Below, in pieces: positions 39,064 to 51,629 of a DNA stretch of 64,000 nucleotides. Source of the DNA: Octopus sinensis (lineage: Eukaryota); NCBI RefSeq assembly GCF_006345805.1, contig NC_043006.1, positions 77,624,001 to 77,688,000 on the forward strand, given 5' to 3'. The position numbers and the translations under genes were made by a program. The notes below the pieces were generated by a model that was not told where the DNA came from, ran no database searches, and saw nothing but the letters and a program-made list of their open reading frames with translations. Every line of letters begins with the position of its first letter. Within the stretch, counting starts at the first letter, position 1.

Positions 39064-39576
39064 GTCCTGGGAAATATGGTTAATATGTGGAAAAAAAGTT
39101 CTAAATAAATAACAAAAACGTACGTATTGTATTGAGAAATATTTCCTATTTTTTAGATTTCTAAAACTATTGGAAATATATGTTAAATGCATTCACTTAT
39201 GGATTGAATGCAGTAATGCAATAATTTTGCTGAAGTGGCAGTTTTGTTTAAAAGCCTATTCTGTCTTATAAATATAGACAATAAAATATATAGCAAACAA
39301 ATGCGCAATATATTACAATCTTTATTTTAGGAAAGAAAAAACTCGATATATTTTTGCAAAGTTATATTCTTTACCTTTATCATTCTCATACATTTGCATA
39401 GCGATAATAATTCTTGCATATTTGATGTTCATGAAAGAGGTGGAGGTACCGCATACATTTTGGGGGCGTATGAATATATTCATGATCTATGAATATATGT
39501 GTGTTTGTCTGAACAATGTTATGTGAGTCAATGAATATTTAACTTTTATTTTATATAGATTTATATACTCAAACGC

Positions 39577-39635
<59 letters not shown>

Positions 39636-39726
39636 TATAGACAAATAGATATATAGCTAAATATAATATTCAATTAATTAATACACACCTGTATACAATC
39701 TCCCACATTCACACGCACACACACAC

Positions 39727-39842
<116 letters not shown>

Positions 39843-41252
39843 ATATATATATATATATATACACTAATGTATGTATATATATACAAGGAAAGATACACAT
39901 ACACACACACAAATATATATATTGATAGAATCACAGTTCCCTGTATTTGAAATATAAATACATTCCGCTTCATAGTAAGATGTTTTATTGTAAATGATGC
40001 GGCATAAGAAGTTAATTAAAAATGAATGAGCTTAGCGAATATAAAACATATAAATGTTTTCAAACATTTTAATAAAATATGTAATATTGCTCCGTTATTT
40101 CATGTTACTCTAAAGTTTTCTACAAATGTGTTTTGATAAGAACTGAGATTCTTATTGATTTTTTACTTCTTAACAATTGAAATTTTCATTACGCTAGATA
40201 TTCAAATAAATTGATAGTTTAATTAAAAGCGCAGCTTATAACATTTGTTCTTAAAGTAGATAATTATCTGTCTTAGAAGTAACCCATTTGAGAGAATGAT
40301 ATTGCGAATGATAGTGGGCCAAGACGATTGCACATCTATAGCTGATCCCGGTTGTACGTAATATAGGTGCTGAAAAGTTACTGACTTCAAGCATATCGTG
40401 AAAAGCCTAGCTGGAGGCTCAGTCTTCCAATTTCTTTTACAGGATTTAGAACATCTGAATATTCAGAAATGAATATACCTTATAAGTCATAGAACGATTT
40501 CGAGATAGAAATTGATAAACTGAGGTTTTAACAGTCAACGAGATTGGTAACGGTATTTTTTAAAATTTTTAGCTACAGACAAAATGTTTTTCGCAAACGA
40601 AATTGGTAAAGACTTTTATTTTTAGCTACAGACGAAAAGTCTTTCTCAATAATACATGAACGACTTTGAATTCAAAAACGGGTGTGAATTCCGTTCCACC
40701 AGAATCGATGGCATAATTAAAACACTCTCAAACGTAACTAAATAAACAGTGCTCCTGCGCACAGACATATATATTTAAATATATATATAAGTAGAAGCGC
40801 GACGCATTGATGTTTATGGCGACAAACATACTAGTTCAATTGTACTCGGGCCATATCCGTACCCGTTAGAATAACATTTCTGTATTTTGATATGGAGAAA
40901 ATTACTCGCTGTAGACAAATAGGAGTAAACACGTCAAGTCAGTTCGACATGCCCCCTAAGCAAACTATTACGTACATTCATTTAGGAGTGGTTATATACT
41001 CCTCTGTATCAGATACCGGAGATAGGAACGTTGTATTCTTACAAGATATCAAATATGCGTGGGGCATGATCGAACCCAAAAGAAAACTATTTACTATATG
41101 TGTCATTACACTTATTTTAATACAGCGAGAAATTATTTGTCTCCAAGACAAAATAGAGTGAATCGTTTTCTTACTAATTCGAATATGCCCCAAGAATATT
41201 TGAACTGGAAATAAGTTTGTATTTAAATACATACCTATTTACACACATATGA

Positions 41253-41287
<35 letters not shown>

Positions 41288-41299
41288 TTATGCAAATAC

Positions 41300-41850
41300 G
41301 TAGCGAGGATTTCTAGGTATCAATGCAGTACGGCCGTTTCAAGAGGCACCATTTAATCGATGAATGAAAATATCGTATCAATTTGCTCGAATCAAGTGGT
41401 TTATTTTGGAAATTGCTCTGAGTAAGGCAGCTTTCAAAGATCCTTAGATTTATGGGCGTGCTCATTGACCTCTCTTTCAACAACGCTCCACATGTAATAG
41501 TCCAACGAACTGCGATCTGAGAATTAGTTGGCCAAATATTTGGGGTTACGTCATGTTGAAAATTTTCACCCATCCATTCCTGTGTTACTAGCGCCATGTC
41601 TGATAGTACAGAAACTCACTAAAACTCATATGATCTTCCATTGCATACAATGTATATCCAGAGCTTAACAATTATTTCCTGAACCTCAATGTATGCGGCA
41701 GACTTAACTCTAAGCTCTTGTGGAAATAAGTAAGGAGGCATCACATATCCTTCATTGCTGGCAACCCCTAATACCATGACAGGTGCAGGAAATGTTGTAT
41801 GCATAACACTTGGTAAAAGAGAAGGGTCTGCACACAACTACCTGTCATTT
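41300..41850 (-). mobile_element. Tc1/mariner (DD37D/maT-like) transposase fragment
   Basis: FPAPVMVLGVASNEGYVMPPYLFPQELRVKSAAYIEV and ALVTQEWMGENFQHDVTPNIWPTNS motifs, frameshifted. Confidence 0.8.
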
Positions 41851-41999
41851 CTTTTGTTAACTCTTTGATCGTGAGACGTCAGTATTGAAGTGAAATCTTA
41901 CAGTTCTAAAAAAATAAGATAAAACGATAAGTTTCAACAATAAAATTTTTTGTAATACCTCAGTCTGCTGGACTTCAAAATAGCTAAATAGTTGTATTT

Positions 42000-42325
42000 T
42001 GTCGTTGTTGCTACTACTGCTGGTAATGTTGTTGATATTGCTGATGTTATTGTCGTTGATGTTGATGTTGTTGATATTGCTATTGTGGATGTTGTTGAAT
42101 TTTATTGATGTTATGTTATTGTTGATGTTGTTATTTTTGTTGTTGCTTTTGACGTTGTTGATAATGTTTTTGTAGATGTTGCCGATGGTGACGTTGTTAT
42201 TGTGGTTGATGTTGTTGTTGATGTAATTATTGTTGCTGATGCTGATGTTGTTATTGTTAATGTTGTTTATGTTGTTTTTGTTTTTGTTATTGCTGCTGTT
42301 GATGATGGTGATGATGAGGATGAGT
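42000..42325. repeat. Degenerate (GTT)/(GAT) trinucleotide array
   Basis: Direct inspection. Confidence 0.9.
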
Positions 42326-42341
42326 ATGAAGAAACTATTCC

Positions 42342-42458
42342 ATGGTTTTGTCTACTCAAACTTTCATGCCAAGAATTCGCTTCCCCGAGATACACTTGCG
42401 GAAGCTGAGTCCTCATCTCCATTCACAACATTTTCGTAAGGCCTTTCTTTTAAAACAG
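42342..42458 (+). CDS. Candidate coding exon (MVLSTQTFMPRIRFPEIHLRKLSPHLHSQHFRKAFLLKQ), unidentified
   Basis: 39 open codons from ATG to a strong donor CAG|GTATGT (phase 0). It is a unique, higher-complexity island between repeats; the other two frames stop before the donor. Confidence 0.35.
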
Positions 42459-42542
42459 GTATGTATGCGCATGTCTCATTTTTGTTATTGTCAAATGTTT
42501 TGAAATGTGCTTTAGTCTCTTGCACATTAGGTATGTTATATA

Positions 42543-43470
42543 TTCTTTTATACTCTAGGCACAAGGCCCGAAATTGGGGGGGGCAGTCGATTAGATCGAC
42601 CATATTTCACAAATGGTCCTTAATTTATCGACCCCGGAATGATGAAAGGCAAATTCGGCCTCGGCGGAATTTGAACTCAGAACGTAGCTGCAGACGAAAT
42701 ACCTATTTCTTTACTACCCACAACGGGCTAAACACAGAGTGGACAAACAAGGACAGACAAACGGGTTAAGTCGATTACATTGACCCCAGTGCGTAACTGA
42801 TACATAATTTATCGACCCCGAAAGGATGAAAGGCAAAGTCGACATCGGCGGAATTTGAACTCAGAACGTAACGGCAGAGGAAATACCGCTAAGCATTTCG
42901 CCCGGCGTGCTAACGTTTCTGCCAATTGACCGCCTTGCGTATGCTAAATATTGTATTATTTTAAAACTGGCTTTTTTTCGTTTGTAAGCTGTTTTGTGCT
43001 GTTCAATATTATTTTCCGGAAAGGCGGCGAGCTGGCAGAAACGTTGGCATGCAGGGCGAAATGCTTAGTGGTATTTCGTCTGTCTTTATGTTCTGAGTTC
43101 GAATTCCGCCAACGTCGATTTTGTCTTTCAACCTTTCGGGGTCGATAAATTAAGTACCAGAACATACTGAGTTTGATGTAATCGACTGGCCCCTCCCTCA
43201 AAATTTCGGGCCTTATGCCTAGAGTAGAAAAGAATATTATTTTCCGGAGCAAGGTTAACACCTGGCAGAATCGTTAGCACGTCGTGCATGATGCTTAGCG
43301 GTATTTCATCTGACCTTACGACCTGAGATCAAATTCTGCTGTGGCTGACATAGCCGTTCATCCTTCGGTGTCGATAAAATAAATGCAAGATGTGCACTGG
43401 GGAGGATTTATTCAACTTAGCCCCTCCCACCAAGATTTTGACCCTGTACCAAAATGTGAATCTAATATTA
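42543..43470. mobile_element. Cluster of four SINE-B copies: 42543-42690 (-), 42705-42936 (-), 43021-43236 (+), ~43250-43470 (+)
   Basis: Family-B consensus motifs in both orientations. 42800-42936 and 43021-43160 form a head-to-head inverted pair. Confidence 0.85.
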
Positions 43471-43766
43471 TTTTTCGGGGGCAGTGCCTGTGAAACAGGA
43501 CAGTGCCTGTGAAATTGGTCAATGCTAGTGAGACGTCAGTATTGAAGTGAAAACTTACAGTTTAAAAAAATAAGATAAAACGATGATGTTTGAACAATAA
43601 CATTTTCTGTAATATCTCACTGAGTTTGACTTTAAAATAGCTAAATTATAAATAAATTTATACTGTGAAAAACAATCGAAGATTTCAATAATTTTATAGA
43701 GTTACACTGGAAACTCATACAAAATAAATCAGTCATTCAAGCACAGCTGTTCAAGACAGCTGTCAA

Positions 43767-43767
<1 letters not shown>

Positions 43768-43830
<63 letters not shown>

Positions 43831-43872
43831 TGTTGTTGTAGTAGTAGTAGTAGTAGTAGTAACTATAATAAC

Positions 43873-43923
<51 letters not shown>

Positions 43924-43990
43924 GCAAAATATTAATAATAATAATGACGAAAATAATAATAATAATAATAATAATAATGTTAATAATAAT

Positions 43991-44047
<57 letters not shown>

Positions 44048-44551
44048 TGACGATGATGATGATGATAATAATAATATTAAGTGCTTTAAAGTTTGACACA
44101 ATGTGAAAAAATTTAAGGAAAAGTTATACACTGATACTATCGCCGGGGTCCTCTATTATTGACCCTGATATGAGGGAAAGCTAAGATGATTTCAGGGAGG
44201 TATTGAACTCAGACAGTTGAGAGCTGTGAGAGATACCAGCAGACCGATTACCTTTGCCCCAATTCATCTGCACTTTCCATTACACTGATGTTCACGACGA
44301 TGATGGTGTTGATTATGTTGATCATGATGATCGTCATCATCATGATGATCATCATCATCGTCGTCGTCACCGTCATCATCATCATCACCACCACCACCAC
44401 TATCATCATGATTGTCGTCGTCATCATTACCATAATTATCATCATCATCTTTATCATCGGCGCTGCTAACATCATCATGACGACGGTGTTGATGACGGTG
44501 ATGGTTTTGACGAGAAAAATAATAATAATAATAAATAATAATAATAATATC

Positions 44552-44584
<33 letters not shown>

Positions 44585-44640
44585 CATAATCATAATAATA
44601 ATAATAATAATAATAATATAATAATAATAATAATAATAAT
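43768..44640. repeat. (AGT)n/(AAT)n and (CAT)n/(AAT)n trinucleotide arrays separated by ~200 bp of unique sequence
   Basis: Direct inspection; explains the poly-Y/I/H/D ORFs. Confidence 0.9.
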
Positions 44641-44995
44641 TTCTATTGCGATATAGCTTCTTTTTCTCTTTTTTTCTTAAGTAGATTTTATCAAGAAAAA
44701 GAAGACAAAATTTTTGTTAATTATTCCCGGATAAACGAGAAGTTAAGCCTGTGGCGATAATTAAGAGAACTTTGATGTAAACATATACGTATATATCTTT
44801 ACATTGTATTTTCATGATTTTTGAAATATGTTTTCAGGTTTTATTCAAATGAAAACGAATTGATTAATCAAAAATCGATAGATTTACTGAGAGTAATTTT
44901 AAATCTTAGTGAGTTTGTTTTTACTTCTTTAACATTATAACATAGTTAAAGAAAAGTACATTCTTATAGATCTACGCTTATATATATTATATAAT

Positions 44996-45238
44996 GAAAG
45001 CGCATGGCTCAGTGGTTAGAGCGTCGAGCTTACGATTCCCAGATAAGGCTGTATGTTGCGTTTTTGAACAAGACATTTATTTCACGTTGCGACACATCAC
45101 TCAACTGTAGAAATGAGTTGCGATGTCACTGGTGCCAAGTTGTGTCGGCCTTTGTCTTTCCCTCAGATAACATCAGTGGCATGGTAACTTTCTAGGTGCA
45201 ATCCCATGGTCATTCATGACCAAAGGAGAGTTACCTCC
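44996..45238 (+). mobile_element. SINE family D (internally deleted)
   Basis: Head GCGCATGGCTCAGTGGTTAGAGCGTCGAGC. Homologous to 46962-47305 (-). Confidence 0.8.
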
Positions 45239-45559
45239 TATATATATATATAAGTGTGTGTATTCATATCGAGATGTATCCATAACTATATACGCATAGT
45301 TAAGACGTGGTTAGCATGTTACTGAAACGAATGCAAAATTGTGGTTTCGAGTACTGGACCGGGCAAAGCGTTGTTTTTTAGCAAAATACTTCAGCTTACA
45401 TTGCGCCAGTTCACATACAAGTGAATAGGATGTTGAGAGACTGGCGTGTTGTTCAGTAAGTGTGTTGTGACCTCAGGAAGTTATACGACATGGAGAGAAG
45501 GTAACTCATCCAATGAGAGAGTATTATATAACTATCTCTATTTCTATAGGTATATGTAT

Positions 45560-45961
45560 TACTCTTTTACTCTTTTACTTGTTTCAGTCATTTGACTGCG
45601 GCCATGCTGGAGCACCGCCTTTAATCGAGCAACTCGGGACTTATTCTTTTGTAAGCCCAGTACTTATTCTATAGGTCTCTTTTACCGAACCGCTAAGTAA
45701 CGGGGACATAAACACACCAGCATCGGTTGTCAAGCAATGCTAGGGGGACACACACAGACACACACACACACACACGCATATATATATATATACATATATA
45801 CGACGGGCTTCTTGGAGTTTCCGTCTACCAAACCCCCTCACAAGGCTTTGGTCGGCCCGAGGCTATAGTAGAAGACACTTGCCCATGGTGCCACGCAGTG
45901 GGACTGAACCCGGAACCATGTGGTTTGTAAACAAGCTACTTACCACACAGCCACTCCTGCG
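45560..45961 (-). mobile_element. Full-length SINE family A
   Basis: Reverse-complement match to 33862-34261. Confidence 0.9.
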
Positions 45962-46029
45962 TATATACATATTATACTCATATATATATATATGAGTCTA
46001 TATATATATTATATATATATATATATAAT

Positions 46030-46460
46030 ATATATATAATATATATATAATAAAAATATTAGGGAATAAATCCAAACTTACAGGGAAACATCAGATTTAG
46101 GATTGAATCCATTTTATAGTAAAATATTATATTATTTTAAATATTTATCAAAAATATTAAATAAAAAGAAAATAGTATAACACTACGATCATTTCATGGC
46201 TTCATGGCTGCCCAATTCGAGTTACAGTCATTCTTCAGGTGATTGAAATATTTAACATTGATTAAACCTCGCCAAGTTAAATATTTCAATCACCTGAAGA
46301 ATGACTGTAACTCGAATTGGACAGCCATGAAACGATCGTAGTGTTATACTAATTATCGTTTTATAATAATTGATATTATTATTTAAAATAATATAAATTA
46401 ATTAATCTTATGTATTGCTTAAGTTTTTCATTGTATGATTTGCCTAATAGGGTTTTAACT
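46030..46460. mobile_element. TA-embedded PLE-like terminal unit containing a 179-bp palindrome with hammerhead motifs
   Basis: Arms 46173-46256 and 46276-46351 differ by 2 substitutions and an 8-nt duplication, with a 19-nt spacer. (TA)n flanks both sides. Confidence 0.7.
46291..46343 (+). ncRNA. Type-I hammerhead ribozyme motif (degenerate inverted twin at 46181-46241, minus strand)
   Basis: CAC-CTGAAGA-ATGACTGT[12 nt]ACAGCCAT-GAAA-CGATCG-TA-GTG: intact core, helix II with 7/8 pairs, palindromic helix III ACGATCGT, GUA cleavage triplet and 3-bp helix I. Confidence 0.7.
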
Positions 46461-46468
46461 CTAATTTA

Positions 46469-46551
<83 letters not shown>

Positions 46552-46564
46552 ATATATGTATATA

Positions 46565-46937
46565 TATTATAATGAGGGTACTACTATTAGTAGATACCAA
46601 CACGCTAAGAGGGACCAATGCGGTCAAAACTATATAAATTAGATATGTAAGGATAAACATTCGTAATGCTACGATGAATTCTACGGTTGGCTATCGAGTT
46701 TGTAATGTATGTTTTTTTTCTTATTCTTTTATGTCCTTGAGTTTGTTGCACTGAACGAACATGAAAGCATATTCTGCATTAAATGCGAAATCACATGTGA
46801 TATGTATCTGAATTCTTTTTAAAATGATGTGGTTTGAAGTTTTGCATTCGGTATATTTTGTTTATTTTTAGTAGTTTGACGCATTGGTCTCTCTTAGCGT
46901 GTTGGTATCTACTAATAGTAGTACCCTCATTATAATA
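46565..46937 (+). mobile_element. TA-embedded ~370-bp non-coding element with ~65-bp inverted ends and an internal hammerhead motif
   Basis: 46565-46632 is the reverse complement of 46872-46937. The body is nearly identical to 52148-52440. Hammerhead fold at 46745-46808. Confidence 0.75.
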
Positions 46938-46961
46938 TAATATATATATATATATATATAT

Positions 46962-47305
46962 GAGTGAGTGACCCCTTCGGTCAGACACTGACCATGGGTT
47001 TGCACCTAGAGAGTTACCCTCTGAGCACAAGTCTGGGCAAGGTTGTTTTTTTATGGAAGACCAGCAGTCGCCCATGCACACCGGCCTCCCCTCTCCACGT
47101 CACCGATGTTTCCAAGGGAAAGGCAAGGGCCGATCCGATACAGCTTGGCACCCGTGACGTCGCAACTCATTTCTACAGCTGAGTGAACTGGAGCAACGTG
47201 AAATAAAGTGTCTTGCTCAAGAACACAAAACGCAGCCCGGTCCGGGATTCGAGCTAACAACTCACAATCGTTAGCTCGACGCTCTAACCACTGAGCCGCG
47301 GCGCC
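46962..47305 (-). mobile_element. Full-length SINE family D
   Basis: The reverse complement starts GGCGCCGCGGCTCAGTGGTTAGAGCGTCGAGC, with a B-box-like GCTCGAATCC. TA flanks. Confidence 0.85.
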
Positions 47306-47369
47306 TTCACTATATATATATATATATATACATATATATATACATCCATACACTCACACAAATACATAT

Positions 47370-47406
<37 letters not shown>

Positions 47407-47450
47407 TTAAAAAGGGAGATGTGGAAGGAACATGAGTTGTGATAATAAAA

Positions 47451-47723
47451 AAAGGAAATGAAGAAAATGCTGACAAATGATTTAAGTAAGGGAGAGTGTA
47501 TTTAATTAGGTGAAAGTTCTTACCGGTTGCGCATTTGTTATGCTTATCAAAGATATTTTTTAAGAGAGATAGAGTTCCTTTCTGATAGATTTTTCTAGGA
47601 ACTCTATCTCTCTTAAAAAAATATCTTTTGATAAGCATAACAAATCGCAACCGGTAAGAACTTTTACCTAATTAAATACACTCTCCCTTACTTAAATCAT
47701 TTTGTCAGCATTTTCTTCATTTC

Positions 47724-47727
<4 letters not shown>
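47451..47727. repeat. Near-perfect 129-bp-arm palindrome with a 17-nt loop, in (TA)n
   Basis: 47451-47579 versus 47597-47727: 1 substitution and 4 single-base indels. Confidence 0.9.
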
Positions 47728-47790
<63 letters not shown>

Positions 47791-48139
47791 TATGTATGTG
47801 TGTGTGTGTGTATTTTCTGTGTGTTTTAAATATATTCTTGTATTATTAGGAATTCGAAGAATCAAAAAGATCTCACATTAAGTTCTTCACCAATTGTGTG
47901 GCTAAGAAAAGCTACCGTGGTAGAGGTTAGGGTAAAACTGAGCGTCTTTCGCTAATTCCAGGAGGTACAGTGATGGAGAGAATGTATATACATACAACAG
48001 TTAAGGCAAGAAGTTTGAGAAAGATGTGCATTCCATACGTTTTACAGCTGTGTCATAATTTTGTTGGGTATATAATAGATGTTACAACAATATTGCTTTC
48101 AAATTTTGGTTCCAGTCCAGGGTTTCAAGAAAGAGCCAA

Positions 48140-48630
48140 AGTCGGTTACGCCGAACACAGTGCTTAACTGGTAATTATTTCATCGACTCCAAAGGATGAA
48201 AGGCGAAGTCGAGGGAAGCTGAATTCAGAACGTAACGGCAGATGAAATGCCTTTAAAAAGTTTGCCCGATATGATAACAATTCTGTCGGCTCACCGCGTT
48301 AATGTTCCATAAGTATTAACACACATTTTAGGTGATCATTTAGTAGCATCGTCACCTCACCGGGCAAAGTGGTTAGTGACATTTCTTCTACTTTCACATT
48401 CTGAGTTCAAATTCCACTGTGACCAACTTTGCCTTTCTAAGGTTCGAGGTCAATAAAATAAGTACCATTTGAGCATTGGGGTCTATGGGACCGACTTACT
48501 ACTTCCCCTAAACTTGTTAGCCTTATGCCAAAATTCAAAACCAATATTAACGGACAGATTCGCTACCATGTCGGGCAAAATGCGTCGCGGCAATTCCTTC
48601 GTTTTCCTGATCTCAGTTCAAATTCCACAT
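48140..48630. mobile_element. Decayed SINE-B copies: ~48140-48300 (-), ~48350-48545 (+), ~48560-48630 (+)
   Basis: AAGGATGAAAGGCGAAGTCG and TTCTGAGTTCAAATTCC motifs. Confidence 0.7.
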
Positions 48631-50017
48631 ACTGATTTAACATACTGATTTGTCAAAATACAGTTCGTAAGATTCAGCCTTCTGGAGCCCATCGGAGATT
48701 ATTCAAAAACATTTAATTCTTTCACTACAATGTCAATTGTGGAAGACGATGGTCGCTACATAAAACTGATGATTGCGTAACACATGAAAGTACTAGTTTA
48801 TTTCAATATTGTATAATTGTAAAGACTGCAATTATAAAATGTGAAAATCAGGCTTAGTTTCAATTACATTGATTACTATATATAATATAAATATTAATAT
48901 ATATATATATATATTACGCTAGCCAAAATATCCGTTCAGTTATTATCGACTGCTAAATTTCAAGCACTCTTGTAATGAGATATGCGTATCTATGTGTGTG
49001 TCGTACACTCTTTAGCAAGGAAAATATGTCATCGGAACATTCCGGGTAATTTTCTTTGTTACATTATCAGATTCGTAGTGTTAGATTCTACGTATATTCC
49101 TCTGAAGGCTACATAGCTCAATTATCACTAGAGTCTCTGGTTTCTTACTTTTCTCCAATTTATCCCAAAGCCGTGACTAAGCTAATCATGGGCGATGCCA
49201 TACTATCCATCAAAAATCTATAAAAATAAATTACAGATGGGATATTTAAGTAGATGGAGACGAAGAAATAGTCCAAATCTGCTTGAATAGTCCAACCAGC
49301 ATGCTTGAATACATAAATATTAGGAAAACTAGATAGAAAAATGTTTGAAATTGTATAAATGAAGACAAATGCGGTGATGACGATGACGAAGAAAACCGAT
49401 GACGACGACCATGATGGTGATATGGTGATGATGTGGCGGATGTCTTTTTTGTATATGACTCGGTATAAAGGGGTACATGATGCCGAAATATTTCAGTAGA
49501 AATTTACTGAGACGATGAATGCAATGTCATTGGATTTTGAAATGAATTTGACCGGAGCCATTCATGCGTGGAACAAGTATACGACTTTAAGTGGGCGCCA
49601 CTTGAGCGTAAATTTTATGAAAATGTAGACTCGTACGGTTACACACCACGGATTTCAGTAAAGGTAGCCAGAGGCAACCAATTCAGACTTGTAATGTTCA
49701 AACATTTAATTGTGATAGTAAATCTCTCACTTTTGAAGTAAATAGATTGAATACATTTTTAGTGTATCCATAGTCCCTCCTCTCTCTCTCTCACACACTC
49801 TCTCCCTCTCTCTCTCTCTCTTAATGTTTCGCTGCTTTTAAGTATGGCTTCTCATAACATGCACACTCTTAAATATAAAAAAAACACAGACACAGGCGCA
49901 CGCGGCGCACACACGCGACCACATATATGCACAAACACGCACACCTACACAGCTCATATAAACACACGAACGCACGCACGTATTAGTACAGATATATACA
50001 TGTATATACACACACAC

Positions 50018-50063
<46 letters not shown>

Positions 50064-50751
50064 CTATATATATGTATATATATGTATATATAGACCTGTA
50101 TATGTATGTGTATATATGTACATATATGTATATATAGACCTGTATATGTATGTGTATATATGTATATATAATATATATATATATTTACGTTTATAAATAC
50201 ATATATATGCACTTTTATACAAACGTATACGCACGGACACTTAATCGCACATATGAAAACTCTCACTCGCGTATACTCACTTACACTCACACATACATAA
50301 TCACACACACATATACTTCTACGCATATTCTGTCTGCTAAATTTCATTCCAAGACTTTGATAAGAAAATACAAGGTTGTAGTGGAAGAATGCATAATGTA
50401 GCTTCTTCAGTAAACTTTGTTACGAAATTCTGTCATGTTTGATAATGTATCCATCATAGGTATCGGGGAATAGAAAAGTGTGTCAGTTATATGCAATATA
50501 TATATATATATACATCCATGGATACACACATACAGAGACACATACATGCATATACACATACACGTATATGTATTTATATAATATATATATATATATACAT
50601 ATAGATATACATACAAATTTTTATACACTAATGTTTATATGTATATATATATATATGCATATATATGTATGTGTATAGATATGTATGTATATATATATGT
50701 ATTTATGTGTATATATATATGTATATATATATATACGTTAATATATATATA

Positions 50752-50803
<52 letters not shown>

Positions 50804-51598
50804 AATGCATACGTACATACATATATGTATATATATATACATTATGCACGTATATCAATATCTTATCATATATATCTTATGCCAAGATTTATTTGTCTAA
50901 TTCTACCTGTTTCTTCATTTCTAGTCATTCCTCTCTATTGCTAGCGTTCATTTTAGGTTATCGCGAAAACAAGATGGTATTTTTCTTCCATATGTTTGAT
51001 AAAAATAAGATAATCGCAAAAGAAGAAATGTTCTCTTAGTTCTCAAGGGAAACGTAGGAATAGTTACTTTGTTTTTTACGGCATCACGACAGATCATATT
51101 GAAGATAATCGTGATATTTCTTGAGCTCATAATCTTCATGATGCACCGACATAAAATTTACTTTAATTAAAAAGCTCTTCGTGGTCATGTAAAATTAGAG
51201 ATTTAATAGCGATTCTTTTTTATATCATTACTTCTTTCAGTATTTGGATTACTGCCATACTGAGATAAAACTTCGGAGATTTTTTGGCGAGCAAAATGAC
51301 ACCAGGATTTATTATATCGATTTCGTAAACAAAACTTCTAAGTAATAAAGACGTAAACCAACCAACATCAGTTGTCAAGTGGTGGTGCAGGACCAACACG
51401 GCGTCATAAACATACATACAGCCATACATGCGACAGTGGTGATTTCACGCTATTAATATTAAAGATAAAATCTGAATGGATTTAGGGTGACGCATTTAGC
51501 TAATCTCAATCAAACTTTCACACGTCTGTGTGTGTGTGAGGAGCATTCAAAGATGGATACATTCATAAAGCAAGCGTATATATATGTGTATGTATATA

Positions 51599-51629
<31 letters not shown>

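Noticed and set aside
40430-40545. Strong + acceptor TTTCTTTTACAG with a downstream donor
   Set aside because: All frames contain stops, and the segment lies in a decayed copy of the 1631-1838 mariner MITE.
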